Source: Polyangiaceae bacterium
GTDB lineage: Bacteria > Myxococcota_A > Polyangia > Polyangiales > Polyangiaceae
Reading direction: 5' to 3'
NCBI GenBank assembly: GCA_050287085.1
Contig: JBNKBE010000002.1
Location: forward strand, 340,447 to 404,446
Length of the DNA stretch: 64,000 nucleotides
Below the pieces are notes generated by a model. The model was not told the origin of the DNA. It searched no databases and worked only from the letters and a program-made list of their open reading frames with translations. Position numbers and translations under genes: made by a program. Below are positions 1 through 9,791 of the stretch, piece by piece (the first letter of the stretch is position 1; each line of letters begins with the position of its first letter).

Positions 1-564
1 TTGCCCGTGGGCATTCTCTTCTTCGTTGGAACCTTGTACGGGTTCACGCGCAAACGCGCGCGCCGCGCGCTGGCGCTCCGCGACTACCCGCGTCTCGCGG
101 AGCGCATCGGACTTGAACGTGTGGGAGGGTCAGCCACCACATTGGGGCGCTTTCGTGGAGACTACGACGGGTATCGCGTGGCGGTCGATCCGGAGGAGAG
201 GGCGCCGCGAATCGTCCTATTCCTTCACCAGCCTACGGATTGGGACCTGCGAACCTACCAGCGCTGGAAGCGCGTTCCGGAGGGGCTCGAGACCCTCACC
301 TTCGCCGACCGAGGTCTCAACGCTTGGCTCAGTACGCGGCTTCTTAGCGGCGACCCGTCGGGGCTAGCGGAGGCTCGTTTGGCCGCGGTGGAGAGCGAGC
401 TGCTGGCGCTGCGAGCCCTCACGCCGAACCTCAGAGAGTTCTCATTAGCCGAGGACCGGCTGGAGTGTGTCTTTGACTTTGGCACTCCGCCCTTTATCCC
501 GGCCGCGCTGGTCGCTGACGTACTCAAGCAGCTGGCTAAGCTCGCTCGGGCTGCTGCGTCCTAG
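1..564 (+). CDS. Hypothetical membrane-anchored protein, probably 5'-truncated by the window edge
   Basis: Open frame from base 1 with a hydrophobic N-terminal stretch and protein-like composition; the stop overlaps the convergent gene's stop. Confidence 0.6.
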   Translation: MPVGILFFVGTLYGFTRKRARRALALRDYPRLAERIGLERVGGSATTLGRFRGDYDGYRVAVDPEERAPRIVLFLHQPTDWDLRTYQRWKRVPEGLETLTFADRGLNAWLSTRLLSGDPSGLAEARLAAVESELLALRALTPNLREFSLAEDRLECVFDFGTPPFIPAALVADVLKQLAKLARAAAS

Positions 565-1952
565 GGCTTGGGTCCCCGCGGTCCGTTTGCGATCTTGCCG
601 CTTCGCAGCTTGCTGCCCCCGTAGGGCTTGACGAGGGGCAGGGTCTCGAAGCGAGCCTTGTAGACGGCTGTGAGTTCGGCGAGCTTGTTCGGCTCTGTTC
701 GACTCAGATCTTCCTTCTCGTCCGGATCCTGGACCAAGTTGAACAGACGGTAGCTCACGCCCGGACCGTTGACGATGAGCTTATAGTCGCCCTCAATGAT
801 GGCGTGGCGCTCTGGATTGTTGGTGTCCTCCGGTAGATCGAGGATGATGGGCTCGCGATTGGATGGCGACTCTTTGCCATAGACCTCGGCCACCAGCGAG
901 CGTCCCATGAAGCTGCTTGGGAGTTCAGAGATCCCCATCAGTTCGAGCACCGTGGGCGCGAGATCGACAAGGCTGCGACGTTCGCTGATGGTTTGTGCTT
1001 TGGCGCCAGGAGCCAGGATCAAGAGCGGCACGTGCGTGAGCTCCTCCCAGAGCTCAAAGGCGTGTTTGTACATGCCATGCTCGCCAAACGCTTCCCCGTG
1101 GTCGGCGCTCACGATCACCGCCGTGCGCTTCCACCAGGGTTGCTTCTTGGCAAAGTCCAGTAGGCGTCCAATATGGAAGTCCGTGAACCAAATCTCTGAG
1201 TCGTAGCGGCCGCGATTGTCCTTACCAAAGTCCGGGCTTTCCGCGTGCTTCACGTACTGGTCGTGAGGATCCATGTAGTGCAGCCACATGAAGAACTGTC
1301 CTCCTACATTTTCGCGCTTGGAGAGCATCTTCACTGCGAGGTCGGTCATCTTGTCCGACGTAACGTGCTCGTCCGTCTGTGCGTTGAAGGTGAGGCCCTC
1401 GGTCAACTCCCACTCGTCGAAGCCCTGATTGAGATTCTTGCCTCGATCGAAATAGCTATGGGCATGCCCACCCAGGGTGCGGACGTTGTGTTCTTGCAGC
1501 ACTTCGGTGAAGAAGAGATTGCTGTCTGGGAAGCCGGCAAAGAATGTACCGGAGCGGTAGATCGTTGACGGATAGCGCCCTGCAAGCATGGCTGAGACGC
1601 TCTTGGCCGTGTAGCTGGACGCGGAGTAGGCGTTTGCGTAGTGGATCCCCGCCTCGGCTAGGGCCGTCAGATTCGGGGCGATCGGCTTCTTGTATCCGTT
1701 CCAGGGCATGTCGCTGCGTAGACTGTCGATGGTCAACAGCAGGACATTGAGGTCTTTGGGGGGCCCTTCGGGCTCGGGCGCGGTGTCCGCTGCCGTCGAT
1801 AGTGCGGTGGGTTGGGAGCTCGCACCGGCGCTGGGGACGGGGCCGGCCACCGTGCTTGACGGGAGGGGGGCCGGCGCCTTCTGGTGGCGCTCGTCGCAAC
1901 CGCTCGCGGCAAAAGTAGCTCCCAGTAGCAGCACAGTCAGGGCTATTCTCAT
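561..1952 (-). CDS. Sulfatase/alkaline-phosphatase-superfamily lipoprotein
   Basis: Start re-chosen at MRIALTVLLLGATFAASGC (lipobox). Carries NVLLLTIDSLRSD, HYMDPHD, SADHGE and YRLFNLVQDPDEKEDL, all typical of the sulfatase fold. Confidence 0.85.
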   Translation of the reverse strand: MRIALTVLLLGATFAASGCDERHQKAPAPLPSSTVAGPVPSAGASSQPTALSTAADTAPEPEGPPKDLNVLLLTIDSLRSDMPWNGYKKPIAPNLTALAEAGIHYANAYSASSYTAKSVSAMLAGRYPSTIYRSGTFFAGFPDSNLFFTEVLQEHNVRTLGGHAHSYFDRGKNLNQGFDEWELTEGLTFNAQTDEHVTSDKMTDLAVKMLSKRENVGGQFFMWLHYMDPHDQYVKHAESPDFGKDNRGRYDSEIWFTDFHIGRLLDFAKKQPWWKRTAVIVSADHGEAFGEHGMYKHAFELWEELTHVPLLILAPGAKAQTISERRSLVDLAPTVLELMGISELPSSFMGRSLVAEVYGKESPSNREPIILDLPEDTNNPERHAIIEGDYKLIVNGPGVSYRLFNLVQDPDEKEDLSRTEPNKLAELTAVYKARFETLPLVKPYGGSKLRSGKIANGPRGPKP

Positions 1953-2052
1953 CGTACCGGGCCTAGCGCACGCGTTGCGCGCTGGCCACATTTTGCGCGG
2001 GATAGGGGACGGCGGAAACTCGGCCGTCCCGACGGCATAGGGACGGTGGCGC

Positions 2053-3564
2053 TTGCACGGGCGGGAGTGCGCGGGCACGCTTGCTGACGGGGAAGCCTTG
2101 CCGCGTCTAACTCTGGTTCTTGTGATGTTGGCCTGCGCCCTGGCCAGTGGTGGCGCTGCGCTCGCAGCGTTCAAGGGTGCACTCGAGCCTGCCTGGGAGA
2201 CATTTATTGTGCGGGTTCTGCCCGCCCCCTGGTTCCGTTTCGTCTGGGTCCCGTGGGGGCTTGGGGCGGTCTCGTGGGCCGTTGTTAGGGGTCGGGGCAA
2301 GGGGCGTGCCCCTAGCGGGGGCCTGGTACCGAGCGGCGATACGCCGGAAGCCATCGTAGCTGCCTTGCGCACTCTGCTGACGACCTCGGACGCTTTCGTG
2401 CAGGACGCGACCTCGCTGCTGGACCGGGTCTTGGCGTGTGCGGTTCAGGCTCGCGCGAGCGATATCCACCTTTCTCCCGAGCAGCAGGGCCTCGTTCTGG
2501 CGTTCAGGCTCGACGGGCAGCTGCAGCGCGTGGCGGTACTGACGACTGCGGTGGGGCAGCCGCTTCAGAATCGCGTCAAGGTTCTGAGTGGGCTAAGCAT
2601 CGAAGGCCGTCAGGGCGCTTTGGACGGTCGATTTCGACGTCGTCTGGCTTGTGGCGACGTTGACGTTCGGGTTTCCGTTGTGCCGCAGCAAGAGGGGGAG
2701 CGGGTGGTACTCCGCGTATTGGAAGACTCCGAGGGCCTTCCTCGCCTTGATGCGTTGGGCTTCCCGTCGGAGACCCTTTCGGTGCTGCTGCGGCTTCTGA
2801 GTCAACGTCAGGGCGTGTTGTTCGTCACCGGACCGGTTGGAAGCGGCAAGTCGACGACTCTATACTGCGCTCTGCGGGAAATACACGAGCGTGCTGGGGG
2901 CGCGTTATCGCTGATGACCCTTGAGGATCCGGTCGAGCGTCGCCTCGGCTTTCTTGCCCAGAGCCAGGTAGACGAGACTGTGGGGCTGACCTTTGCACAA
3001 GGGCTACGTTCATTGCTTCGCCAGGATCCGAATGTGCTGATGGTCGGTGAGATCCGGGACGAGGAAACCGCCCGCGTAGCGCTGCAGGCGGGACAGAGTG
3101 GGCATCTCATCCTCACAACTCTCCACGCACCATCCGCTATTCAGATATTCCCGCGCCTTTTCGAAATGGGCCTCCCCCCCGCTCGCACCGTTGAGGCCAC
3201 GGTTGGAGTGCTTGCTCAGCGACTTGTCCGGCGTCTGTGCTCACACTGCAAGGGGGGGCCGGGTGAGGTCTCAGGCCCGGAAGCGGCGGCTCTCACCGCC
3301 CGCGGCCTCTCGCTTCCGGAGGGGAGCTATTATCAGCAAGTGGGGTGTGAGCGTTGTGACTATACCGGCTTTTCCGGCCGAATACCGATTGCCGAGGCGC
3401 TTGAGATGACAGGCGAGGTCAGGGCCCGGGTGCTCGATGCCGCTCGCGGACACGCGACGTTCGACGACGGCGGTCATGGTCTCTTGCGTGCTGGCGTCTG
3501 CGTGGCGGCGCGCGGGGATACAACGCTGCGAGAAGTGTTACTGGTTGCGGGGGAACATGCTTGA
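2053..3564 (+). CDS. GspE/PilB-family secretion or pilus assembly ATPase
   Basis: ASDIH, Walker A GPVGSGKST, Asp box TLEDPVE, LRQDPNVLMVGEIRD, His box GHLILTTLH and the CxxC...CxxC zinc motif. Start uncertain. Confidence 0.9.
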   Translation: MHGRECAGTLADGEALPRLTLVLVMLACALASGGAALAAFKGALEPAWETFIVRVLPAPWFRFVWVPWGLGAVSWAVVRGRGKGRAPSGGLVPSGDTPEAIVAALRTLLTTSDAFVQDATSLLDRVLACAVQARASDIHLSPEQQGLVLAFRLDGQLQRVAVLTTAVGQPLQNRVKVLSGLSIEGRQGALDGRFRRRLACGDVDVRVSVVPQQEGERVVLRVLEDSEGLPRLDALGFPSETLSVLLRLLSQRQGVLFVTGPVGSGKSTTLYCALREIHERAGGALSLMTLEDPVERRLGFLAQSQVDETVGLTFAQGLRSLLRQDPNVLMVGEIRDEETARVALQAGQSGHLILTTLHAPSAIQIFPRLFEMGLPPARTVEATVGVLAQRLVRRLCSHCKGGPGEVSGPEAAALTARGLSLPEGSYYQQVGCERCDYTGFSGRIPIAEALEMTGEVRARVLDAARGHATFDDGGHGLLRAGVCVAARGDTTLREVLLVAGEHA

Positions 3565-4048
3565 ACGCCTGACGCAGCTCTTCTTTCTGGCCGGCGCTCT
3601 GGGGCTGGTGCTGCTCGCTGGGCAGTGGCTGCTAGCCGCTGTCGAGGAGCCCGCGCGCAAGACCGTAGCGGTACCGTCGCTCGAGGAGGGGAGGAAGGAA
3701 GGCGCTTCCCTACTCGACCGTCTTCCGTTCCGGTCGACGTCGAGTTCGCCGGCGACAAGTGAGCTCTCACAGATCGGCGCGGCTCCGGCAGCGCCCGCAG
3801 AGGTCGACGCGTTGCTCTACGTCGACGGTGCCGCCGAAGGCGGTGTCTACGTCGAAGGTCGCTACCTGGGAGAGGCCCCGTACGTGGGGCAGGTGCGCTG
3901 CAAGTCGGGTAGCGACGTCGTCGTCGAGTGGGTGCCGGTCAAGGGTGAGCCGGCTCACTTTCGGAGACGATGTCAACAGGAGGTGCGCATTCGTCCTACA
4001 CGCGATCGGCCTGAGCTTCGGCAGGCGCCCCGCCCGAGGGCGCGGTGA
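3557..4048 (+). CDS. Membrane-anchored PEGA-like domain protein
   Basis: ATG at 3557 overlaps the ATPase stop; N-terminal TM helix; VYVEGRYLGEAP resembles the PEGA V-x-V-D-G-x-x-x-G-x-T-P motif. Confidence 0.6.
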   Translation: MLERLTQLFFLAGALGLVLLAGQWLLAAVEEPARKTVAVPSLEEGRKEGASLLDRLPFRSTSSSPATSELSQIGAAPAAPAEVDALLYVDGAAEGGVYVEGRYLGEAPYVGQVRCKSGSDVVVEWVPVKGEPAHFRRRCQQEVRIRPTRDRPELRQAPRPRAR

Positions 4049-4229
4049 CCTCACCGGCCTCGCGTTTTGTGCCTGCCTGTTTGGTCTAGAGCTAGAACAT
4101 TCCGCCCCCGAGGGCACCACCTATGCTGGGCGGTTCGTCTCGGGACACGGAGTGGTTTGCCAGGTGTAGCGCCTTGCCGGCTTATGTAGAGTCCGTATCG
4201 GTAGCGCGTCTGGCGCTTGCGAGGAGCCC

Positions 4230-6392
4230 ATGGACAGAAAGACTTCTGCTTTTTTCTCTTTATCAGGTCAACCCGGAGTTTGCGAGCAAGGGGCTGGGCG
4301 CACCGAGCGCGGTTCTCGTTCACTTCACCGGCGTGGGACCACGGAGTTTTTCGGCGCGCTGTCTTTCGGCGCGCTGTCTTTCAGCGCATTGCCTTCGTTT
4401 CGTGGCTTGGCGGGGTCGGTGGTGTTGTGCGCGGCCCTGGGGGCCGCCGGTTGTGCTGCTGAGGGCAACGTCGCTGGCGCTCCCGCCACGGGGGGAGCTG
4501 GCGGTGATGGTGGTGAGGTCGCTGGCAGCGAGAACGCATCGCTCCCCGACGGCGAGAACGCAGGCGGCGCGACGGTCCCTGCTCCGCTTCCGGATGATGA
4601 AGGGGAGGACACGCTCATCGGGGATGTGACGCCACCGGTTGGCAAGAGCGGGATCCGCCCTGGGGACGCGGTCGATATCCTATTTGTCGTCGACAACTCC
4701 ACGTCCATGGGTGACAAGCAGGCGATCTTCAAGGCCGCCATTCCCGACTTGATCGATCAGATGGTGAAACCGCCCTGCTTCAACGAATCCACAGGGGAAT
4801 TCGTGGCATTTGACGATCAGGGCAACTGCACGGGCGCAGGTGTCTCCCGGGTATTTGAGCCCGTGACGGACATCCACGTTGCCGTCATTTCGTCGAGCCT
4901 TGGCAGTCATGGTTTGGGACCCGATCAGGTCGAAGGCAAACCGATCTGCCCTGACGACGTGTTTGAGCAAAATGATCGCGCCCATTTGATCCCATCGGTT
5001 CGACCCGAGGACGGGCTCGACGCCTCCAATGGGGGGTTCTTGGTCTGGGATTCAGCGGGGGATGCGGACGCGGCGGAAACGGACGCCAAGTTGGCGGCGC
5101 TTGCGACTAGCTTTGGAGGGCAAGTAGATGCCGTTCGGGAGCACGGTTGCGGCTTCGAAGCACCGCTGGAGGCAGCATACCGATTCTTGGTCGAACCGGA
5201 GCCCTACGCCACCATCGAGCGGGGTCCTTGTTCCGATGCCGACACCTCGAATAACTGCGCGCTGCCCACAGGGGTGGACTCTGAATTGCTCGCTCAGCGC
5301 GAAGCCTTCTTGCGGCCAGATTCGCACGTGGTGATCGTCTTTCTTTCAGATGAGAACGACTGCTCCATCATCGACCGGAGACAAGGATACTTTGCTGTGC
5401 GTCCGACAGTCATGGCATCCGGTACAGCAATATGTGATTCCACTCCAAACGATCCGTGCTGTCATTCTTGCGTGAGGCAAGGCGTGCCCGAAGGCTGCGA
5501 ACCAGACCCGGCGCTCAATGGTTGTATGGACAATGGACGCGATGAGCTGGAGGTGGCGGGGATCAGCGAAGCCTACAACCTACGCTGTTTCGACCACAAG
5601 CGACGCTTCGGTGTGGAGCTCCTGTATCCAACTTCGCGTTACCTAGATGGCTTTCAGGGGGACGATATCATCAATCGCGACAACAATGCGCGGATCCCCA
5701 ATCCGCTGTTTCAGGCGGGGCGAATCAAGCAACAGGTCTTCGTCGTCGGGATCGTCGGAACCCCGTGGCAAGACACCGTGCAGGACTTGAACACTCCGGC
5801 TGGTACTTTGGAACTCAAGCGAGCAACCGACGTAGATTGGGCAAGACTCCTTCCGTTGCCGGAGATGGGCAATGTCGAGCCGCTCGATCCATTCAACATC
5901 GAGACCATGGATGCCACCCGTCGCGCGGGCAAGGCACATCCAGACACGGGAGCCACCATCGACGGACCAGGCACCTGGAACGAAATCAACGGTCACGACC
6001 GCGAACTCGCAGCGGGGGACGGCGTAATGGACGATCTGCAATACGCCTGCATTTTTGAGCTGGCAACCCCGCGAGACTGCGCTGTGGAAGGCGTTGATCC
6101 GCTCACCTGTGACTGCACCGTTGCCGAGACGGACGACGGAACGATCGACCAAGCGACGGGCAATCCATTGTGTCGCGATCCGGAATCGGGGCAATATGGA
6201 ACGACTCAGTACTTTGCTAAGGCGTATCCTGCACCGCGGATGTTTGAGGTTCTTCGTGGCATGGGAGAGCAAGGAGTCTTGTCGTCCATTTGCCCCCGAA
6301 ATGCGACGGATCAAGAACTTCAGGACTACGGTTACCGCCCTGCGATCCGCGCACTGCTGCTGGCGGTAGCGCCGGTTGAGCCGACCATGTGA
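4230..6392 (+). CDS. Cys-rich lipoprotein with a vWA/MIDAS-like domain
   Basis: Lipobox LGAAGC, Gly-rich linker, VDILFVVDNSTSM (DxSxS), GCGFEAPLEAAY and VFLSDENDCS, with many Cys pairs. Confidence 0.75.
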   Translation: MDRKTSAFFSLSGQPGVCEQGAGRTERGSRSLHRRGTTEFFGALSFGALSFSALPSFRGLAGSVVLCAALGAAGCAAEGNVAGAPATGGAGGDGGEVAGSENASLPDGENAGGATVPAPLPDDEGEDTLIGDVTPPVGKSGIRPGDAVDILFVVDNSTSMGDKQAIFKAAIPDLIDQMVKPPCFNESTGEFVAFDDQGNCTGAGVSRVFEPVTDIHVAVISSSLGSHGLGPDQVEGKPICPDDVFEQNDRAHLIPSVRPEDGLDASNGGFLVWDSAGDADAAETDAKLAALATSFGGQVDAVREHGCGFEAPLEAAYRFLVEPEPYATIERGPCSDADTSNNCALPTGVDSELLAQREAFLRPDSHVVIVFLSDENDCSIIDRRQGYFAVRPTVMASGTAICDSTPNDPCCHSCVRQGVPEGCEPDPALNGCMDNGRDELEVAGISEAYNLRCFDHKRRFGVELLYPTSRYLDGFQGDDIINRDNNARIPNPLFQAGRIKQQVFVVGIVGTPWQDTVQDLNTPAGTLELKRATDVDWARLLPLPEMGNVEPLDPFNIETMDATRRAGKAHPDTGATIDGPGTWNEINGHDRELAAGDGVMDDLQYACIFELATPRDCAVEGVDPLTCDCTVAETDDGTIDQATGNPLCRDPESGQYGTTQYFAKAYPAPRMFEVLRGMGEQGVLSSICPRNATDQELQDYGYRPAIRALLLAVAPVEPTM

Positions 6393-6425
6393 CGCGGGCG
6401 AGACGCGATGGCCAGTGGGAGTGCG

Positions 6426-7280
6426 CTACTGGCCAGAGTGAAGCCAGCGCACTGCCTTGAGCAATAGCTGGCCCGTTTCGGGCGGAAACTGGCCATGACG
6501 GCTGCCCGACAAAAGCTCGAAGCGGGCCCGTAGCCCAGACGCCAGCAGCTGTGAAGTGCCGTTTTTCATGTGCTGAGTTGGCTCCAGGGTACCACCAAAG
6601 ACGAAGACGGCGCGGGCGTCGCGCAGCAGGTCGGCGCGCGGCGCAGTGGGCGGGCCGCCCAGGATCACCCAGGGATAGCGCGTCGGATACAGCGCCGCCA
6701 GCGCCTGGGCGCGCGAGGCTCCCTGCGAATAGCCAAAGAGCGTCGCTTGTGTAGCCACCGCATCGCCTCGTTCCTGGGCTACTCGCTCGCGGGCGAGCTG
6801 AAGCTCGCTGTCAATGACGGCAAGCTCTTGGGTCCAACGCATTCTGCCTGTGGAGCACGGGATGTTTGCTTGCACTGCCACCACCGTTGCTACCGTGCTG
6901 AGCTGGGATGACCAGGTATCGCTCTTTTCCATAACTCCACAGCGACCGTGAAGATAGAATAGGAGGCCGGTCACCCCGCGCTTGGCGTGGGTAACCCGCA
7001 CGAGGCGCCCAGAGGAGAGCGTCACGTCCTGGGGCTCATGGGGCGTGAAGGTAGCGACCCTGCTTGTGTTCTCTGCTTCTGGCTGAGCGTCTGGCGGCGC
7101 GTCCCGCAGGACCGCAGGGGACGCCCTGTGCACCGCAGCCGACAGCGGCTCCGAGGACCTTTGCGTCTGGTTCGAGGGTACCACTCTTGAGCTTGTCGGA
7201 GCGGGGCGAGCGCAAGAGGTGGCGTGCAGGAGAGCCGCGACACAACAAGCCAGACGGCGACGGTTTCGTGAAGACGTCAA
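6426..7280 (-). CDS. Alpha/beta hydrolase, probable lipoprotein
   Basis: YLHG oxyanion motif, GYSQG nucleophile elbow and a C-terminal His (SRHG). The probable TTG start at 7280 overlaps the upstream stop. Confidence 0.75.
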   Translation of the reverse strand: MTSSRNRRRLACCVAALLHATSCARPAPTSSRVVPSNQTQRSSEPLSAAVHRASPAVLRDAPPDAQPEAENTSRVATFTPHEPQDVTLSSGRLVRVTHAKRGVTGLLFYLHGRCGVMEKSDTWSSQLSTVATVVAVQANIPCSTGRMRWTQELAVIDSELQLARERVAQERGDAVATQATLFGYSQGASRAQALAALYPTRYPWVILGGPPTAPRADLLRDARAVFVFGGTLEPTQHMKNGTSQLLASGLRARFELLSGSRHGQFPPETGQLLLKAVRWLHSGQ

Positions 7281-7870
7281 CGCGGACCGAGGGCCACCGC
7301 GGTTGCGACCAATTGCACTTCGTTGGCGCTCCCGTCCTCGTTCTTGCTGGTGAACGTGGCGCCTTCGCTTTCGAGATGGGCCACGTGAGAAGCCGCGACT
7401 TGCTTGACGACCACGGCGCCTTCGACCCGAGCGCTCCGCCCAGCAGAATCGGTGGGTACGAAGAAGCCGTAGTCCTTGAACGTGACGCGGCACCCAATGC
7501 CGGCTCCGTCGGCGCTTTCAGCAAGCTCCATCCAGCAGCCTTTTCTCGAACAGGCGCGCCGCACCGTGGCTGCGACTTCGACCGTCTTTCCGGAGTACGC
7601 CATCGGAGCCGCTAGGATCTCCTGGAGAGCGGCCTTGGGTGCTCCGCTGAATTGGCTGCCGAAGCGGGATTCCTCGGTCGGCGCAGGCGAGTGCGATTCG
7701 ACGTGGGCGCGGCTCGTTGCTTCAGTGGCGTCAGGTGTCGGACCAGAGCTCGAACGGTTGCAGGCAGGGCTGAGCAGCACGGCGGAGAGCAGCACGGCGG
7801 TGAGCTTCGTGTAGACGAACTGTGTGGCACTGCGAATGGCCGTTGGCGCTGCATGGCGGGCTGCGTTCAT
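7277..7870 (-). CDS. DUF4920-like OB-fold lipoprotein
   Basis: CSRKGCWMEL and VTFKDYGFFVP motifs; lipobox-like LSPAC. Confidence 0.8.
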   Translation of the reverse strand: MNAARHAAPTAIRSATQFVYTKLTAVLLSAVLLSPACNRSSSGPTPDATEATSRAHVESHSPAPTEESRFGSQFSGAPKAALQEILAAPMAYSGKTVEVAATVRRACSRKGCWMELAESADGAGIGCRVTFKDYGFFVPTDSAGRSARVEGAVVVKQVAASHVAHLESEGATFTSKNEDGSANEVQLVATAVALGPR

Positions 7871-8012
7871 GGGCGAGATTATAGCGCAGGGCTGGGCGCA
7901 GGCAGGGTCCAAATGAGCGGGTTGGAGTTGGCGGCCGCTGGCGCTTTCCCCTTGTCCCTACTGAGATCCAGAGGCGGGCAAGGCTCTAGCCTTGCTCTGT
8001 CGACGACTGGCC

Positions 8013-9791
8013 TCAGAGCGACGCTTCACGACGAGCCGCCCACAAGATGGCCCCTCGCAGCAGCTTCTTCATATTGGGGTCCTCGAATGCGCTGTCGGCG
8101 TGTCCGAGTGACGAATACACCATGCGATAGTTCTCGAGCTGCCGGGTCCAAATAACAGGCTGGTTGTCTTCGCGACGCCCCAGTATTTCGAAGCCGGGCT
8201 TGGTGCTCCAGGTCTGATACGAGTTGAAGTTCCACCATTCGCCCGTCCAGCTCCAGGGGTTCGGAAGGTCCTTGACGATGGGGTGAGCCGTGTTGTCAAA
8301 CGTGATCTGTCCGGCGGTTCCGGCCAGCCCATGCCCGTCGTAGTACTGGCCTATCAAGTCTGTGTAGAAGGCCCAGTTACTCTCCGTGTCGGCCGCCGAA
8401 TGAATGCCGACCAGCGCGCCTTCTGTCTTGAGCCATGCCTCCAGGGCGGCTTCTTCGGCGGTGTTGAAGACGTCACCGGTTGGGTTTAGGAAGATCACGA
8501 CTTCATACTGAGCTAGTCCGGCGGCCGTGAAATCACTGCTGTCGTCGCTAACCTTGGTAGTGAAGCCCTCCTCTGCCGCGATTTGGTTGATCAGCGTTCT
8601 GCCAGTGCCAATGCTGCTGTGTAGAAACGTTTCAATCTCCGAAAATACTAATACTTTGAAGGGACCTTCTCGCGGTGAATAGGGGCCGTGGCAGCTGCTA
8701 GACTGCTCCACGCACATGAGGCCGTCGCATGGATCGCCGGCGTGCTGAGAACAGGTGCCGCCGGCGCACGTATCTTTGCCGTTGCAGAAGACGCCATCAT
8801 CACAGGGGGCTTGAGTGTTCGCGAAGCCGCAACCGCTGCTTGGATCGCAACGCGGCGTTGCGCACACGTTCCCGCCACCGCACTGGCTGTCTTGAGGAAC
8901 GTGAACGCAACCGGTAGCTTCACACGTGTCGAGGGTACAGGGGACATCATCGCTGCAACCCTGGGGCACACAAACGTCCGCGCAGCAGGTTTCGCCACTC
9001 TGGCATAGCTGCGCGCGTTCGCACTGGTCGTTGACGCATTCAGCGGTACCGCACGGCTCGGCGATGCAGTTAACGGCATTGCAGTTCGGGTACTGGCAAC
9101 CTTGTTCGGGATCACAAGAGCCGTCAGGGCTGGCCGTGCATAATGAAGCATCTGGCGTGTTGGTACAGCCGTCGACTTCGCATTTGTCGACCGTGCAGGC
9201 GATGTCGTCGTTGCAGTCGAAGTCGTCGTCGCAAATGGGCTCGCAGCGAGTGATGTCCAGACAGCTTCCAGTACGGCACGCTGATGGCTCCGACCAGTGC
9301 AGGCACCCATCTGATGCTGCCAGGCATTCGCTCGATTGTCCTTCGTTGCACTGCGTTGCGTTCAAAGCGCACTCGTCGTCGCAGCCGGGGGGGGAACCGC
9401 CTGTGCCAGCTGTTGTTTCTGGGCTGTCGTCTCCACCGTAGCCGCCTCCCGCCGGGCTCTCACCCCCGGCGCCGCTACCTCCCTCGGCTGTGCCACCCGC
9501 CCCAGAATCTGCCGCGTCACCAGCGCTGCCCTCACCAGCGCTGCCCCCGTTCGCGCTGCCCTTGCCGGCACTGCCCCCGTCCGCGCTGACCTTGCCGGCA
9601 CTGCCCTCGGCAGCGCTGCCTCCTCCGCTAGAGATCTGGCCTCCGCCCCCAGCCGTCGCCTGCTCGGGCTCGTCCTGGGACTCCTTCTTAAGCGGGTGTG
9701 TCAGCAGGCAACCGCTGCCAAAGAGTGCGGCTGCGATGAAGAGTAGGGCATGGCTTCCCTTGAGGCACTTCTTTGTCACCGGATCGGCCAT
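8013..9791 (-). CDS. Lipoprotein with Gly/Ser linker, Cys-rich repeats and a C-terminal ThuA-like domain
   Basis: Lipobox FGSGC; CNDDIACTVDKC, CSDDVPCTLDTC and CDDGVFCNGKDTC repeats; ThuA-like KVLVFS..FLHSSI, GIHSAADTE, EWWNF and YSSLGH. Confidence 0.8.
   Translation of the reverse strand: MADPVTKKCLKGSHALLFIAAALFGSGCLLTHPLKKESQDEPEQATAGGGGQISSGGGSAAEGSAGKVSADGGSAGKGSANGGSAGEGSAGDAADSGAGGTAEGGSGAGGESPAGGGYGGDDSPETTAGTGGSPPGCDDECALNATQCNEGQSSECLAASDGCLHWSEPSACRTGSCLDITRCEPICDDDFDCNDDIACTVDKCEVDGCTNTPDASLCTASPDGSCDPEQGCQYPNCNAVNCIAEPCGTAECVNDQCERAQLCQSGETCCADVCVPQGCSDDVPCTLDTCEATGCVHVPQDSQCGGGNVCATPRCDPSSGCGFANTQAPCDDGVFCNGKDTCAGGTCSQHAGDPCDGLMCVEQSSSCHGPYSPREGPFKVLVFSEIETFLHSSIGTGRTLINQIAAEEGFTTKVSDDSSDFTAAGLAQYEVVIFLNPTGDVFNTAEEAALEAWLKTEGALVGIHSAADTESNWAFYTDLIGQYYDGHGLAGTAGQITFDNTAHPIVKDLPNPWSWTGEWWNFNSYQTWSTKPGFEILGRREDNQPVIWTRQLENYRMVYSSLGHADSAFEDPNMKKLLRGAILWAARREASL

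Noticed and set aside
1983..1997. Sigma54 promoter TGGCCACATTTTGC upstream of the ATPase
   Set aside because: The GG-to-GC spacing is one base short of the strict requirement.
1953..2372. Long N-terminal extensions in the ORF track (sulfatase; likewise menC, trhP, miaB, ChaN, HelD-like and the small E1)
   Set aside because: They overlap neighbouring genes and read as off-frame sequence; downstream starts give signal peptides, family N-termini or coupled stop-start junctions.
9430..9650. 15/30-nt repeats inside the ThuA lipoprotein gene
   Set aside because: They simply encode the Gly/Ser linker (GSAGK/GSAGE units).
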